From: Verrucomicrobia bacterium Opi.OSU.00C
Lineage (GTDB): Bacteria; Verrucomicrobiota; Verrucomicrobiia; Opitutales; PNEW01
Direction of reading: 5' to 3'
Assembly (NCBI GenBank): GCA_002922725.1
Contig: PNEW01000003.1
Location: forward strand, 1 to 63,627
DNA length: 63,627 nt
The translations under genes were made by a program, and so were the position numbers. Within the stretch, counting starts at the first letter, position 1. The number at the start of each line of letters is the position of its first letter. Positions 28,208-38,823 of the stretch are shown in pieces. Below the pieces are notes generated by a model. The model worked only from the letters and a program-made list of their open reading frames with translations, was not told the DNA's origin and did not search any database.

Positions 28208-29023
28208 ATGACAGGAAGACAACTTGCTAAAGCATTGAGATCAGGGAAGCACGTATATGGAACACTTGTTGTTTCTCATTCCCCACGTTGGTTGGATGTG
28301 ATTGGGAAGCTGGGGTTGGACTTTGTTTTTATTGATACCGAGCATATTGCCATTGACCGTATAGAGCTCTCTTGGATGTGTAATGCTTATCGTGCATTGG
28401 GTATTGCTCCTATAGTTCGTATACCATCCCCTGATCCTTACTATGCTTCTATGGTGATGGATGGTGGTGCTAATGGCATCATTGCTCCTTATGTAGAGAC
28501 TGTAGAGCAAGTTAAGACTTTAAGTGGTGCGGTAAAGTTGAGACCAATCAAAGGAATGCGATTACAAAAGCGATTAGAAGATGGTCAAAAATTTGAAAAA
28601 GGTTTAGAGACATATCTCGAAGAGAGAAACAGGGAGAATATTTTAATTGTAAATATTGAGAGTATCCCTGCAATTGAAAACCTCGACGATATACTCCAAG
28701 TTAAAGAGCTTGATGGGGTATTGATCGGGCCTCATGACCTTTCCTGTAGTTTGGGAATACCAGAGCAATACCATCTTAAGAAATTTGATAAGGCTGTGAG
28801 GGGGATTTTTGAAAAAGCTCGCCAACATAATAAAGGGGCGGGGATTCACTATTGGCAGAGTATCAAACAAGAAATAGCCTGGTATAAAACAGGAGCTAAT
28901 TTAATTGTTCATGGTATTGACCTTATTTCATTTGTCGATTCGATGGAAAAAGATCTGACTTATATACGTAAGGCGCTTGGTGATGACCGGCAGAAAAAGA
29001 AAAGACAGAATATTAACATTTAA
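28208..29023 (+). CDS. HpcH/HpaI-family 2-keto-3-deoxy-acid aldolase
   Basis: 271 aa. FVFIDTEHIAID...PIVRIPSPDP...GANGIIAPYVETVEQ...IESIPAIENLDDI...LIGPHDLS matches the HpcH/HpaI fold pattern. Confidence 0.85.
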   Translation: MTGRQLAKALRSGKHVYGTLVVSHSPRWLDVIGKLGLDFVFIDTEHIAIDRIELSWMCNAYRALGIAPIVRIPSPDPYYASMVMDGGANGIIAPYVETVEQVKTLSGAVKLRPIKGMRLQKRLEDGQKFEKGLETYLEERNRENILIVNIESIPAIENLDDILQVKELDGVLIGPHDLSCSLGIPEQYHLKKFDKAVRGIFEKARQHNKGAGIHYWQSIKQEIAWYKTGANLIVHGIDLISFVDSMEKDLTYIRKALGDDRQKKKRQNINI

Positions 29024-29270
29024 GTTCAATCGTAAGTATTATTTATTATCGATTTTAAATGCATCTGCTCAAATAGTAATCTTCATAGATATCCTAGATC
29101 GGTAGTCGAGGTAGAATAGTTGGAAATTAAAGTTAAAGTGCTAAATGATGAAATATAGATTCTATATCAATTTTTTCTAATTTATTTAATTCCTGATTGA
29201 CCATCTCTTACCTTTACTTTTTTTTCTCGCTTTTCCCATTAACCATAGATCATCATTCTAATCTATCATT

Positions 29271-30584
29271 GTGAATATTAACACTAAAGATATTAATGAA
29301 ACGCGTAAATTGCTTATTGTGTCTGTTTCAGGACAAGAAATTGAAGCAGAGGCGGATAAAATATTAGAGGAGTTTAAACATTCTGTTAAAATTCAAGGGT
29401 TTCGTCCTGGAAAGGCTCCAGAGTCACTCATTAAAAAGCGATATGGAAAAGAGTTAGCAAGTGAGCTAAACCGCAAAGTGACTTCACAGGCATATGAAAA
29501 GTCATTAAAAGATTCAGAGCTAGATATCTATAATGTCGTGACCGTCGACGAAGGAAAGTTTTCACCTGGAAAAGATGGAAAGATCGAAATTACAGTTGAT
29601 GTTAATCCGTCATTTAACCTTCCCGAATATAAGGGTATTCCAACAGAAGTTTCATCTGCAGCGATTGATGAAAGTGAGATTGATAAATCAATCGAAGAAA
29701 TCCGTAAACAACGTTCAGATTTTAAGGAGGTAAATCGAGTTGTTAAAAAAGGAGATTTTGTAAAAGTTAGTTATGAAGGTAAGGTTGGTAAGCGACTGAT
29801 TGCCGAGATTGTACCTGACCACCATATTTATGGTAAGCAGGAAAATACCTGGGAAGAAGCCGGTGCTGAAAATGACATGGGAGTAAAGGCTGTAGTTGAA
29901 GGCTTGATTGGGATGAAAATTGGAGATAAAGAAAAGGTGAAGATGAAGTTCCCCAAGGATTTTAAAGTTGCTGAACTAAAAGGTAAGCAAGCAGAGTATA
30001 CAATGGAAATCCACGAAGTGCGTGAACGTGTACTTCCTGAATTGAATGACGAATTTCTAAAACAACTACATGTTGAAAGCATTGAAGAATTTAGAAAGCA
30101 AATAAATGACGAGTTGAAGCAACGTAAAGAAAATGAAATAAATCAATCATTGCGCTACCAAATAACTGAGGCATTGGACAAACGTATAGAATTCCCTTTA
30201 CCTGAAAGTGCGATCGATTTTGAATCAAGAGGTATTTTTAATGATATTGTAAATCAAAATAAGCAAAGAGGCGTTCTTGATAGTGAATTTCAAAAACATG
30301 AGGAGGAAATTCGTAAAAATGCTAAAAGCGCAGCAATACATCGTGTAAAGTTACAAATCATTCTTGGACGCATTGCGAAAGAAGAGAAAATCGAAATAAA
30401 AAATGAGGATATTCAGAATCATATAATGTCCCAGGCCATGCAGACAGGGACTAAGCCGGAACAAATTTTAAAAGAATTACAGAAAAATAGGGGACAGATG
30501 ATGGCCATTCAAAGGTCTATTATTTATAATAAAACACTCGATTACTTGGTAAAAGAATCAGCTGTTAAAGTTAAAAATAACTAA
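29271..30584 (+). CDS. tig: Trigger factor
   Basis: 437 aa. Ribosome-binding motif GFRPGKAP, a central FKBP-like segment, and position upstream of clpP-clpX. Confidence 0.9.
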   Translation: MNINTKDINETRKLLIVSVSGQEIEAEADKILEEFKHSVKIQGFRPGKAPESLIKKRYGKELASELNRKVTSQAYEKSLKDSELDIYNVVTVDEGKFSPGKDGKIEITVDVNPSFNLPEYKGIPTEVSSAAIDESEIDKSIEEIRKQRSDFKEVNRVVKKGDFVKVSYEGKVGKRLIAEIVPDHHIYGKQENTWEEAGAENDMGVKAVVEGLIGMKIGDKEKVKMKFPKDFKVAELKGKQAEYTMEIHEVRERVLPELNDEFLKQLHVESIEEFRKQINDELKQRKENEINQSLRYQITEALDKRIEFPLPESAIDFESRGIFNDIVNQNKQRGVLDSEFQKHEEEIRKNAKSAAIHRVKLQIILGRIAKEEKIEIKNEDIQNHIMSQAMQTGTKPEQILKELQKNRGQMMAIQRSIIYNKTLDYLVKESAVKVKNN

Positions 30585-30743
30585 TTCCGCATCAAATCTT
30601 CATTTCACTCAAAGGGTATTATTCAATGTAGCAATTTTAGTTTCGAATAGTTTTCATTATCTATGATTGATAATCTTTTTATTTCGCTTGATAAACAACG
30701 ACCACAAGATTAATTTATAATTTTTAATTTAGAGGAATCACTG

Positions 30744-31376
30744 GTGAGTTACTATTTACCATTACCACATATTGTTGAAAACGATGGCCGTACAGAACGC
30801 CATTGGGATGTTTACAGTCGTCTTCTTAAAGACAGGATAATTTTTATTGGTACCCCTATTGACGATTATGTCGCTAATGGGGTGATTGCACAAATGTTGG
30901 TTTTGCAAGGGGAAGACCCAAAAAAAGAAATTCAACTTTATATCAATACTCCAGGCGGCAATGTTACTGATGGAATGGCTATTTATGATACGATGAATTT
31001 CTTGGGCTGTGATGTGGTGACTTATTGTGTTGGTATGGCAGCAAGTATGGGAACTGTACTTCTTGCAGCAGGAACGCCGGGGAAACGATTTGCGTTGCCC
31101 AACAGTCGAATAATGATACATCAGCCATCAGGAGGAGCAACTGGTCAGACGTCTGACATATCAATTGCAGCGCGTGAAATTTTGCGTTGGAAAAATAAAA
31201 TTAATGAAATACTTTCAGAACATACAAATAAATCCATTAATCAAATTGAAAGTGATTCCGATCGTGACTACTACATGACAGCGGAAGAGGCTAAAGATTA
31301 CGGGATTGTTGATCATGTCATAGAATTTAAAAAGAGAAAGAATCAGGATAAAGAGGAAGAAAAAAAATCTGCTTAA
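30744..31376 (+). CDS. clpP: ATP-dependent Clp protease proteolytic subunit
   Basis: 210 aa. [13 protein letters not shown], catalytic Ser in GMAASMG and His in IMIHQPSGG. Confidence 0.95.
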   Translation: MSYYLPLPHIVENDGRTERHWDVYSRLLKDRIIFIGTPIDDYVANGVIAQMLVLQGEDPKKEIQLYINTPGGNVTDGMAIYDTMNFLGCDVVTYCVGMAASMGTVLLAAGTPGKRFALPNSRIMIHQPSGGATGQTSDISIAAREILRWKNKINEILSEHTNKSINQIESDSDRDYYMTAEEAKDYGIVDHVIEFKKRKNQDKEEEKKSA

Positions 31377-31388
31377 ATTATTTACTCG

Positions 31389-32678
31389 ATGGCAAAAGCG
31401 ACAAAAATGACATTTTGTTCATTTTGTGGAAAATCGCAAAATGAAGTAAGGAAGATGATCGCCGGACCTGCTGGTGTCTATATTTGTGATTCTTGTGTAA
31501 CTGTCTGTAAAACAATAATTGATCGCGAGTTGAAGCCGGCTGATCAAGATTCTAAATTTGCTTTTAGATTAGTTAAGCCTGCAAAAATCAATGAGGCTCT
31601 TGATGATCACGTCATAAGTCAGAATCACGCTAAAATGGTCTTATCTGTTGCCGTTTATAATCATTACAAACGGCTCCAGGCTGAATTGGATACGGATAGG
31701 TCTGACAACAAGGATCATGATACAGAATTTAGTGAGGTCGAAATTGAAAAAAGTAATATTCTTCTCATTGGACCTACGGGAAGTGGGAAAACTCTACTTG
31801 CTAAATCTCTTGCTGATCTTTTAGAAGTTCCTTTTTCCATTGTTGATGCAACAACCTTAACTGAAGCAGGTTATGTTGGAGAAGATGTAGAAAATATTGT
31901 ATTAAGGCTGCTTCAGTCAGCCAATTACGATGTTAAAAAGGCAGAGTGTGGTATTATTTATGTCGATGAAATAGATAAAATTGGTCGTAAGACTGAGAAT
32001 GTTTCGATTACCCGAGATGTGTCGGGTGAAGGTGTACAACAGGCTTTGCTTAAAATTCTTGAAGGTACCGTTTGTAATGTACCACCCCAAGGTGGGCGAA
32101 AACATCCGAATCAAGAGTATATCCAGGTTGATACATCAAAGGTTCTCTTTATCTGTGGAGGCGCATTTATTGGCCTTGATAAAATAGTTCATAAGCGAAT
32201 AGGAGAAAAATCGATAGGCTTTGGTAACAAAACTGAACTCGATGACCCACAGAAAAAAAATCTTGTTAAAGATATAGCACCTGAAGATCTCATCAAATAT
32301 GGTATGATACCGGAATTTGTTGGTAGGTTACCTATTGTTTCTTCGCTTGAAGAACTGGAAATTGGTGACCTTGAGAAGATCCTCCTCGAAACTAAAAACG
32401 CGCTTATTAAGCAGTATCGCAAATTATTTTTAATGGAGGGAGTAGACTTAATTTTTACCAAAGATGCTGTGCGCACGGTGGCAGAAAAAGCGATTGAATT
32501 AAAAACTGGGGCACGTGCGCTTCGTTCGATTCTTGAAAAACTTATGCTTGATATTATGTATAACCTTCCACAGATGACTGATGTTGGGGAGGTTGCTATT
32601 AATCGAGCTGTAGTTGAAGGTAAGAAAAAAGCAAAGATTCGCAAGATTTCAAAGAAAGATCGTAAGCACGCGGCTTGA
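31389..32678 (+). CDS. clpX: ATP-dependent Clp protease ATP-binding subunit ClpX
   Basis: 429 aa. Zinc-finger [11 protein letters not shown]...YICDSCV, Walker A GPTGSGKT, Walker [10 protein letters not shown] and IPEFVGRLP. Confidence 0.95.
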   Translation: MAKATKMTFCSFCGKSQNEVRKMIAGPAGVYICDSCVTVCKTIIDRELKPADQDSKFAFRLVKPAKINEALDDHVISQNHAKMVLSVAVYNHYKRLQAELDTDRSDNKDHDTEFSEVEIEKSNILLIGPTGSGKTLLAKSLADLLEVPFSIVDATTLTEAGYVGEDVENIVLRLLQSANYDVKKAECGIIYVDEIDKIGRKTENVSITRDVSGEGVQQALLKILEGTVCNVPPQGGRKHPNQEYIQVDTSKVLFICGGAFIGLDKIVHKRIGEKSIGFGNKTELDDPQKKNLVKDIAPEDLIKYGMIPEFVGRLPIVSSLEELEIGDLEKILLETKNALIKQYRKLFLMEGVDLIFTKDAVRTVAEKAIELKTGARALRSILEKLMLDIMYNLPQMTDVGEVAINRAVVEGKKKAKIRKISKKDRKHAA

Positions 32679-32688
32679 GTGGGTACGA

Positions 32689-33759
32689 TTACCAGTGCCC
32701 GTATTGGCCCTTTTTAAGAGCCTTTGCAAATATAACAAGTAATTTTATCGTATTTTCGATATCTTTCAGATCGACAACTTCACTCGGTGTATGCATGTAG
32801 CGTAAAGGTATAGAAACCAATCCGGTAGCCACACCTTGTCTTCCAATTTGGATTGAACGCGCATCTGTTCCAGTCGGTCTAGGATCTGCCTCTAATTGAT
32901 AAGGGATTTTTCCTTTTTTTGCGCAACTTACTAATAATTTATGAACAAAAGGATTAATATTCGCACCTCGGCATATAATTGGACCAAACCCCAGTTTAGT
33001 TTCACCAAATTTACGTTTGTCACAATCGGGATGATCGGTGGCATGCCCAACATCAATGGCAATTGCGATATGTGGGTTTACAGCATAGGTTGATGTTATG
33101 GCGCCGCGGGTACCAATTTCTTCCTGCGTTGTTGTTACTGTTACCACTTTGGCTGTTAATTGCTTTAATTTTGCTAGCCTGCGAAATGTTTCACTTACTA
33201 CATAAGCACCAGATTTATTATCAAACGCTCGAGCTGTTCCAATACTGCCATTAATAAATTCAAAATCATGATCATATGTTGCAACGTCACCTATACAAAC
33301 AAGCTTTAATGCATCTTTTTTGCTTTCAACACCAATATCGATCCACATCGCTTCTAAATTTGGTACCTTATTCCGATCCTCGATATTCATGAGGTGTACA
33401 GCTCTTTTACCTGTTACGCCTTTCACTATACCTTTGGCAGTCAGGATGTTAACACGACGTCCTGATATCATAATTCTATCATGGCCTCCAATTGTGTCGA
33501 AATATAGAAAACCATCTTTATCAATATATTTGATTATAAACCCAAGTTCGTCCATATGACCAGCTAACATAAGAACGGGATCACCTTTTTCATTAATTGT
33601 CGCGATGCGATTACCCATTGCATCTTTGCTATATTTATCGGCAATCGGCTTAAGATAGCGGTCGATCACACGATGTGCTTCGTCCTCGTATCCTGAAGGC
33701 GATCGGGCATTGAGTAGTTCGATAAGGAATTTTGGAGGTGAGTAAGATTTAGTGGACAT
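32689..33759 (-). CDS. M42 family aminopeptidase (FrvX/YpdE-like)
   Basis: 356 aa. LMLAGHMDELGFIIKYIDKDGFLYFDTIGG, AFDNKSG and TTQEEIGTRGA metal-ligand motifs. Confidence 0.85.
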   Translation of the reverse strand: MSTKSYSPPKFLIELLNARSPSGYEDEAHRVIDRYLKPIADKYSKDAMGNRIATINEKGDPVLMLAGHMDELGFIIKYIDKDGFLYFDTIGGHDRIMISGRRVNILTAKGIVKGVTGKRAVHLMNIEDRNKVPNLEAMWIDIGVESKKDALKLVCIGDVATYDHDFEFINGSIGTARAFDNKSGAYVVSETFRRLAKLKQLTAKVVTVTTTQEEIGTRGAITSTYAVNPHIAIAIDVGHATDHPDCDKRKFGETKLGFGPIICRGANINPFVHKLLVSCAKKGKIPYQLEADPRPTGTDARSIQIGRQGVATGLVSIPLRYMHTPSEVVDLKDIENTIKLLVIFAKALKKGQYGHW

Positions 33760-33930
33760 AATAAATTAATATTAACTAATTTTAATCATGGCATTCTCTT
33801 AAATTAAAATAATCAATTAAAAAAGTAGATCTTTCTATAAATATACTCAAGTAAGCATCATATTGTCCTTAAATAAATATTCAGTAAAATATTACTTTTC
33901 AAATATGATCGATCTATTAATAATTAATGG

Positions 33931-34650
33931 GTGAATATTTATCCAGCCATTGATATACGTAAAGGCCGTTGTGTACGTCTTAAGCAAGGGAGGGCTGATT
34001 GTGAAACTATTTATTTTAATGACCCTGTCGAACCTGCTCGGCTCTGGCGTGAGGCTGGCGCAGAATGGATTCATGTCGTTGATTTGGATGGTGCACTGTC
34101 TGGTGAACCACAAAACTGGCAGTTAGTTGAAAAGATATGTGCCTTGGGGGTGAAAGTGCAGATGGGTGGTGGGCTACGTGAAAGTGTTAGTATTAAAAAA
34201 GCTTTCAATATAGGGGTGAGTCGTGTCGTCATCGGAACAAGAGCCTGTGAAGACGAAGTCTTTATTAAGACATTAGTAGATCGCTATTCTAATAAAATTG
34301 CGGTTGGTATAGATGCAAAAAATGGTCGGGTGGCAACCCAAGGTTGGATAAATACTACGAAGCTAAAGGCGCTTGATTTTGCAACCAAGATTTCAACTTT
34401 AGGGGTAGAGACTATCATTTATACTGATATTAGTCGCGATGGGATGCTATATGGGCCAAATTTTAATGAGCAGAAAAGAATGTTATCAAAGGTTGATGTT
34501 AAAATCATAGCATCTGGAGGTATTTCGACTTATGAAGATATCGATCAGTTTTTTAAAATAAGTGAAAAACACCCAGGTATGGAAGGTGTTATAATTGGCA
34601 AGGCGCTTTATGAAGATAAAATCAATCTTGCGAAGGTCTTAAGGCATTAA
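33931..34650 (+). CDS. hisA: ProFAR isomerase (1-(5-phosphoribosyl)-5-[(5-phosphoribosylamino)methylideneamino]imidazole-4-carboxamide isomerase)
   Basis: 239 aa. IYPAIDIRKGRCVRLKQG, HVVDLDGA, IYTDISRDGML and ASGGIS motifs. Confidence 0.9.
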   Translation: MNIYPAIDIRKGRCVRLKQGRADCETIYFNDPVEPARLWREAGAEWIHVVDLDGALSGEPQNWQLVEKICALGVKVQMGGGLRESVSIKKAFNIGVSRVVIGTRACEDEVFIKTLVDRYSNKIAVGIDAKNGRVATQGWINTTKLKALDFATKISTLGVETIIYTDISRDGMLYGPNFNEQKRMLSKVDVKIIASGGISTYEDIDQFFKISEKHPGMEGVIIGKALYEDKINLAKVLRH

Positions 34651-34654
34651 GAAT

Positions 34655-36049
34655 TTATGTTGTGTCATTTAGTTCCTCGGCCATTTTTTCTAATGGATAA
34701 GTCCAGATTTCTGAAAGTGTTGGGTGATACCAGTGTGTTTTGAGGAGATCATTGACAGTTGCCTCAATGGATACTGCTACGGCCAATGAATGAATGATTT
34801 CTCCAGCATCTTTACCTACACATTCGGCCCCAACGATACGACCATCAGGCTTGCGTGCAAGAACTTTGACATAACCATACTTCGCTTCCATAAGGATTGA
34901 TTTTCCATGATCATTAAATGGAAATTCAGCGGAAAGGTAATCGGTTTTTCGGTTAAGCAAATCTTGATCAGTCAACCCAACAGTGGCTACTTGGGGATCG
35001 GTGAAAATAATTTTTAAAAGGTGATCGTAAATAATTGAACTAGATTTTTGGCCTGAGGCGTGTTTGGCAGCCAATTCACCTTGCATAATCGCGATATGAA
35101 CAATTTCATGTGGACCACAACAATCACCGGCGGCATAAACGCGCGCATTTGAGGTCTGCTGATTAGCGTTAATTTTGATATGTCCACTAGGTAGTAGGTC
35201 AATACCGGCATTCTCAAGCCCGAGATCCAACGTGTTAGGTATGCGACCAAGACTGTTAAGTATTTGAGTAGCCTTGCAGATGACTTTTTTGCCTCGATGA
35301 GAAAATGTTACCTGAATCTTTTCGTTATTCAGTGAAATATTTTCAATTTTAGTGTTAGTATAAAGTTCGATCCCTTCATCGCGAAAAGCATTTTCAATAA
35401 CATTTGCAGCTTTGGAAGAACTTTCTTTTAATATATGTTCACTGCGTTGTATCATTGTAACCTTACTGCCAATGCGATTTAAATATTGAGTCAATTCACA
35501 GGCGACTATCCCTCCTCCTAATACAATTATCGATTCCGGGAGGCTATTTAACGTTAATACTTCATCGCTAGTTAGGAAAGGAACACTATCAAGTCCCGGA
35601 ATGATGGGGTGGTTAATAATGGAACCTGTCGCGATTAGAAAATGATCTCCACTAAGTTGATTTCCGTTATCGAGGATAATTGTTTTTTCATCGATAAAAC
35701 GGGCATTGTTACGATAAAGCTTAAATTGATCAGATTCCAATTCCTGAACACGATAATCTGCAAAATCACCTATTATTTTTTCTTTACGAATTCGTAGTGC
35801 TTCCATGTCAACTTTAGCTTGCGGAATCTTTAATCCAAACTGTTCTCCATGGTGAGCGTGGTGCAAGACTTCAGCTGCATAGATGACTGTTTTTGATGGC
35901 ATGCAACCTTTTAAAATACAGAGCCCACCAAGTTTATCAGCACCGTCAACAATTGCCACTTTCGCATATTTTTCACGAGCAGTTCGTGCCCCTGCATATC
36001 CGCCGCTACCACCGCCAATGACAATAAAATCATAATGCATTTTGAACAT
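34655..36049 (-). CDS. Class I pyridine nucleotide-disulfide oxidoreductase (dihydrolipoyl dehydrogenase / mercuric-reductase-like)
   Basis: 464 aa. FIVIGGGSGGYAGA, redox disulfide GGLCILKGCMPSK, second Rossmann fold VLGGGIVACE and a C-terminal dimerisation domain with HPTLSE. Confidence 0.8.
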   Translation of the reverse strand: MFKMHYDFIVIGGGSGGYAGARTAREKYAKVAIVDGADKLGGLCILKGCMPSKTVIYAAEVLHHAHHGEQFGLKIPQAKVDMEALRIRKEKIIGDFADYRVQELESDQFKLYRNNARFIDEKTIILDNGNQLSGDHFLIATGSIINHPIIPGLDSVPFLTSDEVLTLNSLPESIIVLGGGIVACELTQYLNRIGSKVTMIQRSEHILKESSSKAANVIENAFRDEGIELYTNTKIENISLNNEKIQVTFSHRGKKVICKATQILNSLGRIPNTLDLGLENAGIDLLPSGHIKINANQQTSNARVYAAGDCCGPHEIVHIAIMQGELAAKHASGQKSSSIIYDHLLKIIFTDPQVATVGLTDQDLLNRKTDYLSAEFPFNDHGKSILMEAKYGYVKVLARKPDGRIVGAECVGKDAGEIIHSLAVAVSIEATVNDLLKTHWYHPTLSEIWTYPLEKMAEELNDTT

Positions 36050-36544
36050 AGGTTTATTTGTATTTATTTAAATAGATTGATCACTATTCATTGATTTACA
36101 ATAAAACGGATCTAGTTGGAGTAAAACTAACTGTATCTTCTTTTAAAGCCATGTGCTGAAGAATATTATTCCTGATTATTTGGGCAAAAAATGTTATTGG
36201 TTGTCTTTGTAGTATGATTTTACATAAAAGATAGATAGATCGACTATGATGCCACTTTAAATTTCATCTATTATTTGCTTAACAAATTGTGATTTATTAA
36301 AAAATCTTGAAATTAATAGTATGGTTGGTTTTCCCTTTGCAGCTGTGGTTTTGATCGTTTAGCTAGAGGTAAATATTGATTCGATTGTATATTGAGGAGT
36401 TTAAAAATTAAAAGTTCAGAAGTGGTATTAATTTGAGAATTTAGGTTTATGTTGAGGTAATTACTAGTTATGATCTATGATTTACTGTTTTAATTACCTG
36501 TTGCAATTTTCATTAAGAAACTTTATTCATGCGCGTTTTTTCTA

Positions 36545-38137
36545 ATGAAGAAGATCCTAATAGCAGATGAGATATCTATCTCCGGGATAGAATACTTAAA
36601 GAGTCAACCTGAATTTGAGCTTTTGGTGGCTTTGGATTCGAAACCCAAAGAAATCATACAACAGGTTAAAGATGTTACAGCAATTATTGTACGAAGTGAA
36701 ACGAAAATAACTGCGGAGGTTATTACAGCTGCTCCACAACTTGTAGTAATTGGACGTGCGGGTGTTGGCATAGATAATATAGACGTAGAAACTGCGACAC
36801 AACGAGGGATCATTGTAATGAATACCCCCGCCGGAAATACTTTGGCAACAACCGAATTAACTTTTACTCATATGCTCTGCTCTGCCCGGCCAATTACACA
36901 GGCAAATTCTTCAATGAATGAGGGTAAATGGGAACGGCAGACGTATGCCGGAAGCGAATTATCAAAAAAGGTTTTTGGGGTTATTGGGGTTGGCCGTATT
37001 GGGGGTGAAGTTGTGAAACGGGCTCAGGCGTTTGGTATGCAGGTCATAGCATATGACCCTTATCTTACCCAGGAACGCGCACTTGCACTTGAAGTAGAGC
37101 AGGTGGATTTAGATCCACTTTTTAAGCGAGCTGATTTTATTAGCATACATGTCCCATTGACTGATGACACACGGCATATTATTGATGCAAAAGCATTCGA
37201 AAAAATGAAAACTGGGGTGCGCATCATAAACTGTGCGCGTGGTGGTTTGATTCATGAAAAAGATTTAATCGATGCACTAAAGAAAGGAAAAGTGGCAGCG
37301 GCGGGGTTGGATGTTTTTAATGAAGAACCTTTAAGTGAAACAAGTGAACTTCGAAATACACCTAATTTGGTTTTAACTCCTCATCTGGGTGCTTCGACAG
37401 AGGAGGCTCAGGAAAGTATCGGTCTTGAAATAGCTAAAGCGGTAACCGAAGTGCTTTGTGGTGGTATTATCACTAATGCTATAAATATGCCATCTATAGA
37501 CGGACGTACTTTAAAAACTCTTCAACCTTACCTTGTTCTTGGTGAAAAACTAGGGACGATTTTACAACAGATTTCACCCCCTCAAATAGAAAAACTGATT
37601 GTTACCTATTGGGGTAATATCATGGACCTTGACGCCATGCCATTAACTCGTGGTATTCAACGCGGCTATTTACTCAAAATTAGTGGGAAAGGGGTTAATG
37701 ATGTTAATGCACCTTTGATCATGAAACATCTTGGAATTGAGGTTGAGATTATAAAGTCTAGTTCTGAAAGCGGTTACACTGAGCTTATCCGTATTGAGTC
37801 CATAAGTGCTCAAGGTGAAAAGTACAATATTGAGGGAACACTTATTGGAACGCGACAACAGCCAAGAGTAGTTCATGTCAATGACCGTGATGTAGAAGTG
37901 ATTCCCGAAGGTAAATTATTACTTTTGGAAAACAAAGATTTACCAGGGATTGTTGGTGTTCTCGGTACAATTCTAGGTAAAGATGGCGTAAACATTGCCA
38001 GTATGTCTCTTAGTCGTAATGATGTCGGAGGTGTTGCGATGACTATTTTTCAATTAGATTCAATCCCCAGTCAAAAAGCATTGGACAAACTTAATGTAGC
38101 CGAAGCTGTCTTAAATATGAATCTCGTAGAACTCTAA
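36545..38137 (+). CDS. serA: D-3-phosphoglycerate dehydrogenase (long form with ASB and ACT domains)
   Basis: 530 aa. GVIGVGRIGGEV NAD motif, catalytic CARGG...TPHLGAST, and a C-terminal ACT segment (PGIVGVLGTILGKDGVNIASM). Confidence 0.92.
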   Translation: MKKILIADEISISGIEYLKSQPEFELLVALDSKPKEIIQQVKDVTAIIVRSETKITAEVITAAPQLVVIGRAGVGIDNIDVETATQRGIIVMNTPAGNTLATTELTFTHMLCSARPITQANSSMNEGKWERQTYAGSELSKKVFGVIGVGRIGGEVVKRAQAFGMQVIAYDPYLTQERALALEVEQVDLDPLFKRADFISIHVPLTDDTRHIIDAKAFEKMKTGVRIINCARGGLIHEKDLIDALKKGKVAAAGLDVFNEEPLSETSELRNTPNLVLTPHLGASTEEAQESIGLEIAKAVTEVLCGGIITNAINMPSIDGRTLKTLQPYLVLGEKLGTILQQISPPQIEKLIVTYWGNIMDLDAMPLTRGIQRGYLLKISGKGVNDVNAPLIMKHLGIEVEIIKSSSESGYTELIRIESISAQGEKYNIEGTLIGTRQQPRVVHVNDRDVEVIPEGKLLLLENKDLPGIVGVLGTILGKDGVNIASMSLSRNDVGGVAMTIFQLDSIPSQKALDKLNVAEAVLNMNLVEL

Positions 38138-38170
38138 GTCCTTTATTTTTAATTATTCGGTTACTTTATT

Positions 38171-38770
38171 ATGCATACAATTGATATTGTAGTGGTTTGC
38201 ATTTGTGGTTACCTCATAGGGTCTATCCCTTTCGCTATATTTATTGGTAAATTTTATGGTATCAATATATTGGAAGTGGGGAGTGGTAATCCTGGCGCAA
38301 GTAATATTAAAAGATCAATTGGTAAAGGTGCAGGTAATGTTTGTTTTCTTTTAGATTTTCTTAAAGGAGTGATTGCTGCAGGATGGCCAAAGTTGCTGAT
38401 ACTTTCGACTGAAAATACTATAGGCTTAGCTATGTTCGGTCTTATAGCAGCAATTATTGGTCATAGCTATTCCCTGTTTAATAAATATCGTGGTGGAAAA
38501 GGAGTGGCGACAACAATGGGAGGCCTTGCAATCATCACCCCTATTCCTCTCGTTGTAGGCATAGTTATTTGGATTATTATTTTTTACACCTTCCGATATG
38601 TTTCAATTGCTTCTATCGCATTCGTAATTAGTCTTCCTTTGATTAATATTATAATGGGCGTTATGGATTTTCGGTTATGGTTGTGTATCGGCATTTCTGT
38701 ATTTACTATCTTCCGTCATCGATCAAATATTGAAAGACTATTGAAAGGAATAGAAAATCGATTCCAATGA
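38171..38770 (+). CDS. plsY: Glycerol-3-phosphate acyltransferase PlsY
   Basis: 199 aa polytopic protein. GSGNPGASN and HSYSLFNKYRGGKGVAT motifs. Confidence 0.9.
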   Translation: MHTIDIVVVCICGYLIGSIPFAIFIGKFYGINILEVGSGNPGASNIKRSIGKGAGNVCFLLDFLKGVIAAGWPKLLILSTENTIGLAMFGLIAAIIGHSYSLFNKYRGGKGVATTMGGLAIITPIPLVVGIVIWIIIFYTFRYVSIASIAFVISLPLINIIMGVMDFRLWLCIGISVFTIFRHRSNIERLLKGIENRFQ

Positions 38771-38823
38771 ATATTTATTGTTGTAAGGTGTTAATTTATT
38801 GATTTAAAGAAAATCTATTTAAA

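Noticed and set aside
32189-32644. 151-aa ORF antisense to clpX
   Set aside because: The Ser-rich, low-complexity product is completely embedded in the highly conserved clpX frame. This is a spurious shadow ORF.
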